NCBI GenBank assembly: GCA_002269645.1
Contig: NIVC01000815.1
Location: forward strand, 1-64,000
Direction: 5' to 3'
DNA length: 64,000 bases
Source of the DNA: Macrostomum lignano
Lineage: Eukaryota
The position numbers and the translations under genes were made by a program. The notes beneath the pieces were generated by a model. It searched no databases, was not told the DNA's origin, and saw only the letters and a program-made list of their open reading frames with translations. How positions within the stretch are numbered: the stretch's first letter is position 1; each line of letters begins with the position of its first letter. This document shows, in pieces, positions 11,335-21,559 of the stretch.

Positions 11335-14058
11335 ATGGCTGCGAATCGCGCCAGCGCTAAAAAGATGGACTGCCGGCCCTCTCTCGAGCACCGGTATCGT
11401 CCGAACGAAGCCTACGGTCGCCAGCTTCTTGGACTGACGCCGACAGCTGAGCCATCGACTGCGAGCCCGCCGCCAGCAGGCCAGATGCGAGCTCGACGCA
11501 GTCTGGACGGCCGCCACTCGATCAGCCCGCCGGCCGGCGAGCTCTTGCGCAACGCAGAGGAGATCCTGCGAGAGAATGAGCAGCTGCCGGAGGCTGCAGG
11601 CGCAGAGGCAGAGCAGCGCATGTCTCTCGACTGCGACGAGCCAGGCCAGACAAGCGCCCTGCCATCCAACGAGGCCGCAGCAACCACCGAGCCACCAACT
11701 GTCGAGTCCAGCGAGCTCGGTGCGGCAGCGGCAGCGCCGACGTCTGAGGAGCGCCAGCAATCGGCTGCAGACCAGGCCTCGACGCTGCCAAAGCCCCCTG
11801 CCGAGCAACTGGACGCTGACATCAGTCAAATCATCTTCCCTGATGAGCCTGACTTGACTGACTGTCAGCAGACGATCTACGCCAGCGACAGCACCATCAT
11901 CTATGCGCCCAAGTTCCTGAGCGAGGTCGCGGACCAAGTCTACGAGCGCCTGATCACCGACCTGCTGCCTCTGGCCTTTCAGCATCGTCCGAGTGAGCAG
12001 CGCCGTGTCTACTGGATCGGCCCGTCGTACACCCACAGCGGGGTTGAGCTGAAGGAAAATCTAGACTGGCATCAGGTAATTGAAGACATTCGTGACTTCA
12101 TTTACCATGATACCCAGTTCGATGTCCCGAAGTTCAACTCCGTGTTGGTGAACTTCTACACCGAGCCGGGAGACCGGATTCCCTGGCACTCGGACGATGA
12201 GGATGAGCTCGGCGACAGGCCGACGATCGCGACCGTGTCCTTCGGCGCTGAGCGGCTGTTCATGCTGCGCCGTCGGGACGGCAACGTGACGCACCGCTTT
12301 CCAACGCTGCCAGGCTCGCTGATTCTGATGGCAGGAAACTGCCAGAAACGCCTGCAGCACCAGGTGCCCGCCGCCCACTCTCAGAATGGCGTCCGCATCT
12401 CGCTAACATTCCGTGTCACCAAGCCGGAGCTGCGGCGCAAGCGAGCTCTGCCGGATGACCCGACCTACAGCCAGCCGCTCAACGGCGGCCCATTCGGCGA
12501 CGACCAAGGCGGTCGGGACGACGACCAAGGCGGCCACGACGACGACCAGGGCGGCCGGGGCGACGACAGGCCCCAGGAGCGGCAGGCGACGGCGACGCGA
12601 GACCGCGAAGGCGATCGGGGTCGGCGCGGCCGTGGCGGCCACCAGCGAGGCAGGCGAGGAGGTCCCGGCGCGGCGTCCGGTGCGGCGGCGGCTTCGGCGG
12701 CTTCCTGGCCGGCCGGTGCGGCAGCGGCTTCGACGACAAGCGCGCAGGCGGCTGCGGCAGCGCGGCCCTACGCGCAGGTTGCGGCGCGCCCTGCGCCGCC
12801 CAGAAGGCCCCAGGCTGCCATCCCGCCGATCGTTTTTGAGGTGCACCGGGACGCGGCCAACAAGCTGATGCAGTTCGTTGCCTGGCTGCAGACCAACTTT
12901 GCCGGCGAAGCTCGAGCCGTCAACACTGCGCCGATGGCGAATCAGCCGGCCTATCTCGTGTTCCCAGCGTCGGAGCGGGACTACAACGTCTTCCTGGGCG
13001 GCGCGCTGCGCGAGGAGAAGCTGCTCGAGCATCCCGTAAAGCGCCGTCCAGCCCGAGCCCGACCGCTGGACAACAGAACAGGGCCCGACAGAGTGCAGCA
13101 GCAGCCGGTACGCACCTTCGTCGCTACTGAGGTGCCCCTCGCATTCTCGGAGGCTGACTTCGCGACCCTGTTGCGCGACACGCTCAAGCTGGACATTGTC
13201 AGCGTCCACAGAATCCGAGCCAGAGCGACTGGGAAGGCAACCCAGTTCGTGCGCATCTTCACAAAGTCGGCGATGACCTACGAGAAGTGCCTCCGCGATG
13301 GCATCTGCACCGACTTCTTGAAGTTCAACTGCGAGGACAGCCGCACAGACGAGCCGGTCCGCGCTCTGCAATGCCAGCGCTGCCAGGAGTTCGGCCACCG
13401 CGCTGCCCAGTGTCGGGGGCAGCAGCGTTGCCGGATTTGCGGCGGCCAGCATTCCTGGAAGGAGTGCCAGCACGAGGGCCCAGCGGTCTGCGCCAACTGC
13501 GGCGGCTCGCACCGAACCACCAGTCGAGCCTGCACCGTCGCCAAGGCGGAGCACGACAAGGCGACCAGAGCGGCTGCTGAGGCCAAAGCCGCGGCGCGAG
13601 CTGCGGAAGCTGCGGCCGCTGCTGCCCCAGTGTCAAGTGAGACCGACGACGCCGCCGTCGACGACGACTCCGACAGCGGCTGGCTGATCCGCCGAGGCAG
13701 GCGCACGGTGCCGGTACCCGCCGCGATCCGGCCGCTTGTCATCGTGACCGATGATGCCAGGAGCGCTCCGGCGGCAGAGACCGAGTCTGCAGCAGCTGCC
13801 AGCGCTGATGTCAATGCGACTGCTCCGTCAGCTGATGCCGGCCAGGCGGTGCAGCTGCAGCTTAGTGACTTTATGTCGGTGGTGAGCATGCTGTTGCCCC
13901 TGATCACCCGCTCTCTGACTCAAGTGGTTGTGCAGGCCCTGTCCCGACCGCCTGGGGAGGTCCTCACTGTGGAATCAACCAGTAAAATGGTTGAGGACAT
14001 TGTGCGGGCTGCACTCCAGGAAGTGCCGGGCATGGCCGGCGCGACCACTGAGTCCTAG
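11335..14058 (+). CDS. LINE ORF1 (907 aa): N-terminal low-complexity region, AlkB/ALKBH2-3-like 2OG-Fe(II) dioxygenase (about aa 186-362), Gly/Arg/Ala linker, RRM-like region, three CCHC zinc knuckles
   Basis: Uninterrupted ORF. AlkB motifs: FNSVLVNFY, WHSDDE (HxD, H285/D287), IATVSFGAERLF, GSLILMAG, QHQVP (H342), RISLTFR (R354/R360). Knuckles CQRCQEFGHRAAQC, CRICGGQHSWKEC, CANCGGSHRTTSRAC at 13372-13533. Confidence 0.93.
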   Translation: MAANRASAKKMDCRPSLEHRYRPNEAYGRQLLGLTPTAEPSTASPPPAGQMRARRSLDGRHSISPPAGELLRNAEEILRENEQLPEAAGAEAEQRMSLDCDEPGQTSALPSNEAAATTEPPTVESSELGAAAAAPTSEERQQSAADQASTLPKPPAEQLDADISQIIFPDEPDLTDCQQTIYASDSTIIYAPKFLSEVADQVYERLITDLLPLAFQHRPSEQRRVYWIGPSYTHSGVELKENLDWHQVIEDIRDFIYHDTQFDVPKFNSVLVNFYTEPGDRIPWHSDDEDELGDRPTIATVSFGAERLFMLRRRDGNVTHRFPTLPGSLILMAGNCQKRLQHQVPAAHSQNGVRISLTFRVTKPELRRKRALPDDPTYSQPLNGGPFGDDQGGRDDDQGGHDDDQGGRGDDRPQERQATATRDREGDRGRRGRGGHQRGRRGGPGAASGAAAASAASWPAGAAAASTTSAQAAAAARPYAQVAARPAPPRRPQAAIPPIVFEVHRDAANKLMQFVAWLQTNFAGEARAVNTAPMANQPAYLVFPASERDYNVFLGGALREEKLLEHPVKRRPARARPLDNRTGPDRVQQQPVRTFVATEVPLAFSEADFATLLRDTLKLDIVSVHRIRARATGKATQFVRIFTKSAMTYEKCLRDGICTDFLKFNCEDSRTDEPVRALQCQRCQEFGHRAAQCRGQQRCRICGGQHSWKECQHEGPAVCANCGGSHRTTSRACTVAKAEHDKATRAAAEAKAAARAAEAAAAAAPVSSETDDAAVDDDSDSGWLIRRGRRTVPVPAAIRPLVIVTDDARSAPAAETESAAAASADVNATAPSADAGQAVQLQLSDFMSVVSMLLPLITRSLTQVVVQALSRPPGEVLTVESTSKMVEDIVRAALQEVPGMAGATTES

Positions 14059-14144
14059 TCTCAGGCAGCTAAACTCAAGACTTGAATTGAAACTTCAGTG
14101 CGTTAACTGTAGACTCAAACAATCAAACCACAGCCCTGAAGATT

Positions 14145-16921
14145 ATGCACCTAAACTGCAGGGGATTCAACCCGAAAATCAGAGAGCTGACACAGTGGGT
14201 CGTCAGTCAGGAGCTAGACATTGCCCTCTTCTCTGAGACCATTCTCAAAAGCTGTCACACTGTCCAGATTCCCGGGTACTCCATCATTCGGTATGATACC
14301 CCGCATGTAAAACGCGGGCTGCTCCTTGCTCACTCTCCTCGCGTCAAACTCACAAATGTGCGCTTGCAGTATGACAATGTCAACCATGAAGCCATCTCCT
14401 GCACCGTGAGCTTGTCTGACAACTCTGGTCCTGACTTCAATCTCGCTCTGGTGTACAGGTCTCCAGCACCGTACCACCTGAACCTGAACCTACTCAAAAA
14501 TCTTCTCTCCCGTAGGCGCAGTGTGCTCATGGGTGACCTCAATGCTAGACACCGCTTCCTCGGGGTGACAGCAGCAACAACATGGCTGGCTACCAGCTGC
14601 ACGACTGGCTGTCTGAGGGTCCCACTCGCCCACCATACTCAATCAGGCCGGTCAGTTCACCAGACTGGCCACCAAAAACGGGCTGATTTCTAGGAATGTC
14701 TTGGACCTCGCCCTGGCCACTGAGGACTTTCTCCCATTTGTGCAGGACTTTGAGGTGGGTCCTGACCTGGGCAGTGACCACTTACCTATAATCCTCACGC
14801 TCAATATTCAGTCGAAGAAATGGGCTGGTCCCCCAGACCCAAAAACTTCTCAAAAACAAACTGGGACGAGTTCAGACTCAAAATCAGTGAAGCTTTGAGC
14901 TCAGATCAGAATATTAAATTATCAAATGCTGACCAAATCAATGCCGAAGTGGATCACATCACAAAGGCCATTCACACCGTGATTGACTCCACAGTACCAG
15001 ACTGTGGTGCCAAAAACGCCCTACCCAAGTACATCCTCGACCTGATCAAAGAGCGCAGACGACTCAGACGCCTCTTCTTCAGCACACGGGATCAAAATTT
15101 CAAAACCCAAGCAAACCAGCTCGCAAATCGCATAAAGAGAGAAATTAGCGCCTTCCAGAATGGAAAGCTCACCAAAGTCTGTGAGAGTATTGTTGAAAAC
15201 AGCAAGAACAAGAAAGTGAAGAATTTCTGGCACGACACTAAAAAGCTGATGGGCAAATTTAAGCCAACCTCCATCCCCAGCCTCACCCTGGGTCAAACAA
15301 CTGCGCACACAGATCTGGAGAAGGCTAACCTTCTAGCCGAGACTCTGGACTCAAAGATGCGCCCAGTCCCTTCCACATGCGAACAGCTCAAACGTGAGGT
15401 GGCCGATGTGGCACAGCTCACCTCATTCTACCCCGTTCCTGAGGGAATCGAACCCATCGAGACCCACCCACTTGATGCTGCATTCTCTGTGGCAGACACA
15501 GTGTGGGAACTGGAGCACCTCAGGCCTGATGGAGCACCCGGGCTAGACAAGATTCCCAACTGCGTCCTCAAGCTGGGCTTAGAGGGGGTGGCAATCACGA
15601 GACTCACTAACCTCTTCAACGCCTGCTACGGTCGAGGGATTTTCCCCAGCGCCTGGAAGAAAGCTGTGGTGACAATGATCCCCAAGCCGGACAAACCGCC
15701 CGAACACCCCAACTCCTACAGACCAATCAGCCTGACCTCATGTCTGGGCAAAGTGTTTGAGAAGCTTATAGCAAAAAGACTCACCAAGCACCTTGAGGAT
15801 AATAAGACCCTAGGAGATGACCAATGCGCCTACCGCAAAATTCACTCCACGTATGACAACCTGTGCCGTCTGGCACAAGATGTCATGGTAGCAAAGTGCA
15901 AAGCTAAAAAGTCCGCTGCAGTCTTCCTGGATGCAGAGGCAGCTTTTGACTCCACCTGGCACGACAAGATCAGGCATAGCATGCTCACTGATGGTTTTCC
16001 ACCTATGCTCATGCGAATCCTGTCTGACTACCTGCGAGACAGACAGATCCAGGTTCGAATCGAGGGGGCCCTAAGCGATCCCCACACCATCCAGGCTGGC
16101 GTCCCTCAGGGAGGCATTCTGAGCCCTCTCCTGTACCTCCTCTTCGTCAGCTCAATGCCGACTCCCACCATCTCAAGCGTCAAACGCAGTCAATTCGCAG
16201 ACGACATGGCCGTCTGGGCCTCAGCAGACACCTTTGCGGGGCTCCGAACATCCCTTCAAAGCTACCTCAGACGAGTCTTTGACTGGTGCGGTAAACAGGG
16301 CATTAGACTGAATGCCGGGAAAAGCAAAGCAATCGCTTTCAACTACAAACCCACTAGGCGCATGGACTTGCGACCCAAACTGTATCTGGGGGACACTGAG
16401 GTTCCGTACTGTCAGGAGGTGAAATTCCTGGGTGTCCTCCTTGACCAGAGCCTCTGCCTGAACAAACATGTGGACAACATGGCAGATACCAGCAGAGCCA
16501 TTGTAATGTCACTGTGCAGAATTGCAAAAATGACTAAGCTGAGTAGCACCACCCTCAGAATGCTGTACAGGGCATACGGAGAAAGCGCTCTCACCTATGG
16601 AGCGCCAATCCTGAGCCAAATTTGTGCGACTAACCAAATCAAATTGCAAAAATTCAAAACCTGGCTCTCCGTATCTGCTATGGTGTGCCATCCTACATCA
16701 GCATTGAATACCTGCACAAGCTGGCAGGTATGCCGATGCTCGCAGACAGAGTCAAGCAGCTGGGGGTGGCTTGGCTGCTCAAGATGAGGGCAGCCAAGCT
16801 CCACAGCTTCCACATTGAGCCGGAAGCCCCTCGGGCTCCGGGCCGAACCCCCGTCCTCAATGTCCTCTGGGATGCCATGAGGCGTCGGGAAAGAAACAGG
16901 GGAATCCCACCCCAGGGTTAG
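14145..16921 (+). CDS. LINE ORF2: APE endonuclease plus reverse transcriptase, no RNase H; four 1-nt frameshifts in this assembly
   Basis: APE motifs HLNCRG, FSET, MGDLNARH, DLAL, SDHLPI. RT motifs APGLDKIP, YRPISLTS, FLDAEAAFD, GVPQGGILSPLLY, QFADD, VKFLGV. Frames rejoin by adding one base at G-run 14562-14565, C-run 14621-14623, C-run 14830-14834 and A-run 16648-16652. Confidence 0.92.
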
Positions 16922-17599
16922 GCTGGCTACCAGCCTTCCAACCGAAGTGACCACGCTCTGAAACGCAACTAATAAAACTAAACTTGCTGCCTGAGACAGA
17001 GATCGGTTGATCAGTCATTAGGACTGATTTTGTGACCTCTGGTCTCCTCGCGCTTCTTTTTACAATTTTTTCCAACTGTGTTTTTTACCCAACTGTCTTA
17101 CAAATATTCCTAATAGCTTTTTACGCCTTTACTATATTCATTCTATTTTTACAACTTAATTCAAATATGCGCTATTGCATTTTTAATCTCTATTTTTTAC
17201 TCATATGCCTCTTTTTTTAATAGGCCTTCAAATATTCTAGAACATATTTTTAGATCTCCTGTATTTATTAGATCCCTTCTTTGTGCGGGATTTCCCTCCC
17301 CTCTTTTTTATCCCCAAATGCGTGCAAAATTCTGCAAAATATTGAAAAATAGTTTTTATATATGTATATTTTTAATTTCAATATTCGTATAAATTTTCAA
17401 ATCGAAATCTGTAAATATTTTTAATTCTTTCGATCAAATACAAAATATAACTGCGGCAGAGTTCTTCGGAACTGACCCGCGCCGGTTTCGACGGCACCTC
17501 GTTTTAACAACAACAAAGATTTCCGTGGAGGGATACTCTTAGGAGAATTCTCTAGTTTTTGCAGGCCTTTCCTAGAAAGGCTTATTGGTTATGGAATAG

Positions 17600-19215
17600 T
17601 AATAGCCTTAGCCTTAGCTCTTTCTTTAAGTACTTAGTTAGCCACGGCTCACTCCCACTGTACATTTGTTTTTATCTCTACCCCACCCCTAGTCTTATCT
17701 TGCAGTCGCCCCACCCCCTCAGCGAGTGCACTTTGTGTGCCTACTGACTCATTAGTTAGTTGTAGTTTAGTTTTAGTTCGTGTGAACCAGAAGTCACGCC
17801 ATATGTCTGCGAATCGCACCAGCGCTAAAAAGATGGACTGCCGGCCCTCTCTCGAGCACCGGTATCGTCCGAACTCGAGACGGAGTCCGAACTCGGCTAC
17901 GGTCGCCAGCTTCTTAGACTGACGCCGACAGCAGAGCCATCGTCTGCGAGCCCGCCGCCAGCAGGCCAGATGCGAGCTCGACGCAGTCTGGAAGGCCGCC
18001 ACTCGATCAGCCCGCCGGCCGGCGAGCTCTTGCGCAACGCAGAAGAAGTTCTGCGAGAGAATGAGCAGCTGCCGGAAGCTGCAGGCGCAGAGGCAGAGCA
18101 GCGCATGTCTCTCGACTGCGACGAGCCAAGCCAGACAAGCGCCCTGCCATCCAACGAGGCCGCAGCAACCACCGAGCCACCAACTGCCGAGACCAGCCAG
18201 CTCAGTGCGGCAACGGCAGCGCCGACGTCTGAGGAGCGCCAGCAATCGGTTGCAGACCAGGCCTCGACGCTGCCAAAGCCGCCTGCCGAGCAACTGGACG
18301 CTGACATCAGTCAAATCATCTTCCCTGATGAGCCTGACTTGACTGACTGTCAGCAGACGATCTACGCCAGCGACAGCACCATCATCTATGCGCCCAAGTT
18401 TCTGAGCGAGGTCGCGGACCAAGTCTACGAGCGCCTGATCACCGACCTGCTGCCTCTGGCCTTTCAGCATCGTCCGAGTGAGCAGCGCCGTGTCTACTGG
18501 ATCGGCCCGTCGTACACCCACAGCGGGGTTGAGCTGAAGGAAAATCTAGACTGGCATCAGGTAATTGAAGACATTCGTGACTTCATTTACCATGATACCC
18601 AGTTCGATGTCCCGAAGTTCAACTCCGTGTTGGTGAACTTCTACACCGAGCCGGGAGACCGGATTCCCTGGCACTCGGATGATGAGGACGAGCTCGGCGA
18701 CAGGCCGACGATCGCGACCGTGTCCTTCGGCGCTGAGCGGCTGTTCATGCTGCGCCGTCGGGACGGCAACGTGACGCACCGCTTTCCAACGCTGCCAGGC
18801 TCGCTGATTCTGATGGCAGGAAACTGCCAGAAACGCCTGCAGCACCAGGTGCCCGCCGCCCACTCTCAGAATGGCGTCCGCATCTCGCTAACATTCCGTG
18901 TCACCAAGCCGGAGCTGCGGCGCAAGCGAGCTCTGCCGGATGACCCGACCTACAGCCAGCCGCTCAACGGCGGCCCATTCGGCGACGACCAAGGCGGCAA
19001 GGACGATGACTGGCCTCGGGGGCAGCAGGCGACGCGAGACTCATACAATTGTATCCAGCACGTATTTGTTTAGATTTCCTCATTTTTATCAGACCCCTTC
19101 TGTGTGCAGTATTTGTCCACTTTTTCAAACTCCAAATGTATGCAAAGAAATTCCAAATATTGAAAAATAGTTTTATTTATTTAAACTTTTATTTCAATAT
19201 TCTTTCAATATCTAA
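17600..19215 (+). mobile_element. Internally deleted second copy of the AlkB-LINE: 5'UTR, ORF1 N-terminus plus complete AlkB domain, then 3'UTR-like sequence
   Basis: 5'UTR homologous to 11140-11334. ATG at 17803, an insertion/frameshift near 17870-17890, ORF 17970-19073 with AlkB identical in protein to copy 1. Homology to ORF1 stops near 19041 and switches to sequence resembling 17270-17400. Confidence 0.9.
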
Positions 19216-19224
19216 ATCGAATGC

Positions 19225-20330
19225 AGGCCTCAGGCTGCCATCCCGCCGGTGGTTTTCAAAGTGTAACAGGTCGCGGCCAACAAGCTGGTGCCCTATATTG
19301 TCTGGCTGCTAGTACAGGCAAATTTTTTGCTGGTGAAGCCGCGGCGTCAACACTGCGCAGATGGCGAATCAGCCGGCCTACCTCGTATTGCCGGCGTCGG
19401 GGCAAGACTACAATGTCTTCCTGGGCGGCGCGCTGCGTGAGGAAAAGCTGCTTGAACATCCGTCCAGAGCCCGACCGCTGGATAACCCATACAGGGCCCG
19501 ACAGAGTCCAGCAGCAGCCAGTCATCACATTTGTCACACCTGACGTGCCTTTCGAGATCTCAGAGGCGACCCTCTGCTCTGTAGGATGCCATAAGGCTTC
19601 GGGAAAGAAACAGGGGATTCCTAATCCAAGGTTAGGCTGGTCGACAGTCTCCCAGACCCGAAGTGAGCACGCGCTGAAATGCATTAAAAAGACTATTTAT
19701 GCTGCCTGAGCCAGAGAGATCGGATGATAGGACCCTTGTATGATCTGCAATCTCCCTGTGAAAATTTACTTTATTCAAACTATTTGTATTCTTTGACAGC
19801 TTTTACAAATACCCCTGGCTGTTTTTATACCAATGATATACTACCTATAAAATTTTATCTGAACATGCGCTCTGGCGTTTGATTTCATTTTTTACTCAAT
19901 AGCCTCTTTTTGCCTTTAACAGGCTCTTAAAAATCCAGCACGCATTTTTTAGATTTCCTTATTTTTATCACCTGTAAATATTTAAATTCTTTCGATTAAA
20001 TAAAACAATAATACAGCGGCAGAGTTCTTCCGAACAGATATGTACCCGTTTTTACGGCACCTCGTTTTAACAACGATTTCCGTGAAGAGGAACATTCAAA
20101 TTCAAAGAGTGTTCCCTGATTTGTGAAACCCCTTCCAAGAAATTGTACTAATGAAGCAAAAACATTGCTTGTCAATTCCCTCTAGAGCGTGATCGCAAGC
20201 CCATAGGACGCACGCAACACCAATTTCAAGTGTTTAAGTGTGCGGCGGAGTTTTTCGGAACTGATCTACGCTAAGTTTTTACGGCACCTCGTTTTAACAA
20301 AGATTTCCGTGATGAGGTACTCTCAACGAG
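19225..20330 (+). mobile_element. Diverged, internally deleted AlkB-LINE fragment: mid-ORF1 piece fused to ORF2 tail and 3'UTR, plus a second 3'-end repeat
   Basis: 19225-19545 aligns to about 12805-13140 (MANQPAYLV..YNVFLGGALREEKLLEHP). 19585 onward aligns to 16870 onward. The terminal motif acggcacctcgttttaacaa..gatttccgtg occurs at about 17492, 20034 and 20281. Confidence 0.85.
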
Positions 20331-20389
20331 AATTACATGTACTCTGATTTGTGCAACCCTTACAAAGGGTACAATAGACTTTGAATAGT

Positions 20390-21500
20390 TTAGCTCTATC
20401 TCAAAGTACATACGCTAGCCCCTCCGTCCATTCCACTGTACATTTATTTCCCCACTCTTCTAGTTTTATCTTGTAGTCGCCCCACTTCTTAGTGAGCGGA
20501 TTTTGTGTGCCTCCTGACCCTTAGAGTTAGTGTTTTAGTTCGAGTGTACCAAAAAGAAATCACGCCATATGGCTGCGAAGCGGATCGCAGAAGCCGAGGT
20601 CCAGGCTGGCCTCGACGCCGTGACCGAGTGGTGCGCCTCCCGCAAGCTCGCCCTTAATCCTACCAAGAGCGAGGCTGCCTTTTTCTCCATCTACCCGGTG
20701 AAGGCAAAATGGTCCCCGCGTCTTAGCCTCGGCCAAGCCCCACTCAAGCGCAATCTCACGCCGCGGCTGCTCGGCCTTACTTACGATCGGATCCTCACCT
20801 TCAGCACGCACACGGAAGGAGTTTGCAGGAAGGTGCATTCGCGCAATCGCATGCTGGTCTGCCTCGCCGCGCGCGATTGGGAATGGCAGAAAGACGCCCT
20901 CAAGCGCACTTTTATCGCCATGCAACGGAGTATCATGCTGTACGCCGACCCCGCCTGTCACCCTTGGCTAGACGGCACCACTTTTGAGAAGCTCCAACGT
21001 TCGCAAAACGCCGCTCCCCGAATCATCGCTCAACGCCGATTGAAGCGCTGCGCATCGAGGCCAGTTTTTGCTTTGCTCTTTCTGTACCACAAGCGACATG
21101 GCGACTGGTCAGGTCAACCACCGCTCGGCCAGAGGCGGCACGCTTCCAACCTGCTCGCCACTTTGCCACCGGAGCGATAGTTGCGCGAACCACTTGACAC
21201 CCGCTCTGCCTCCTCCCGCCCCGCCATCGTCAGCATCTATTGCGACGGCTCCGCCACTGAGGGCACCACCAACGGCGGTTTCTCTGTGGTCATCTGCACG
21301 GGTGACCCCCCCCCCCAAGTGGTGTGGCACATCTCTGCCCCCGGGCGCGCTCTCACCAGCTCCTTCAATGAGAAGCTCGCCGCTCCCCGTTGCGCTCTCC
21401 ATTGGCTCGCTTCTGGTGCCCACTCTCAGTCGCTGCTCCGCGCGCTCCAGAGCCCTACCTGTCGTATTTGGCCTACTCTCCTTCTGCCGCAATGCCAGTC
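20390..21500 (+). mobile_element. Chimera: third AlkB-LINE 5'UTR and start codons joined to a 5'-truncated, degenerate RT C-terminus plus RNase H of an unrelated I/Ingi-like LINE
   Basis: The 5'UTR and tcacgccatATGGCTGCGAA match copy 1 up to about 20579. Then EWCASRKLALNPTKSE, LLGLTYDRILTFSTH and RNase H IYCDGSATEGTTNGG follow, with an in-frame TAG at 21178-21180 and frameshifts. Confidence 0.75.
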
Positions 21501-21559
21501 AAAATCCGACGCGATGACGCAGACAGCGTACACGTTACACAGAAGAAAACGGCAGCTCG

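Larger units (their letters stand above)
11134..17520 (+). mobile_element. Full-length non-LTR retrotransposon (Jockey/I-group-like LINE) with AlkB-containing ORF1
   Basis: About 200-nt 5'UTR, ORF1 11335-14058, ORF2 (APE-RT) 14145-16921, AT-rich 3'UTR ending near short AAC repeats (17505-17517). The 5'UTR and 3'UTR recur in downstream partial copies. Confidence 0.93.

Noticed and set aside
11890-12420. AlkB as bacterial contamination or a host ALKBH gene adjacent to a LINE
   Set aside because: It is in one frame with the CCHC gag region, lies inside the element's UTRs, is intronless and is duplicated together with the LINE 5'UTR.
11326-13907. Long antisense and alternate-frame ORFs over ORF1 and over GC-rich SLC4/IBTK exons
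   Set aside because: Expected shadow ORFs of GC-rich coding sequence, with no independent motifs.
11134-20580. Telomere-maintenance role by analogy with HeT-A/TART
   Set aside because: No telomeric repeats seen, and the array is interstitial, flanked by other TEs and host genes.
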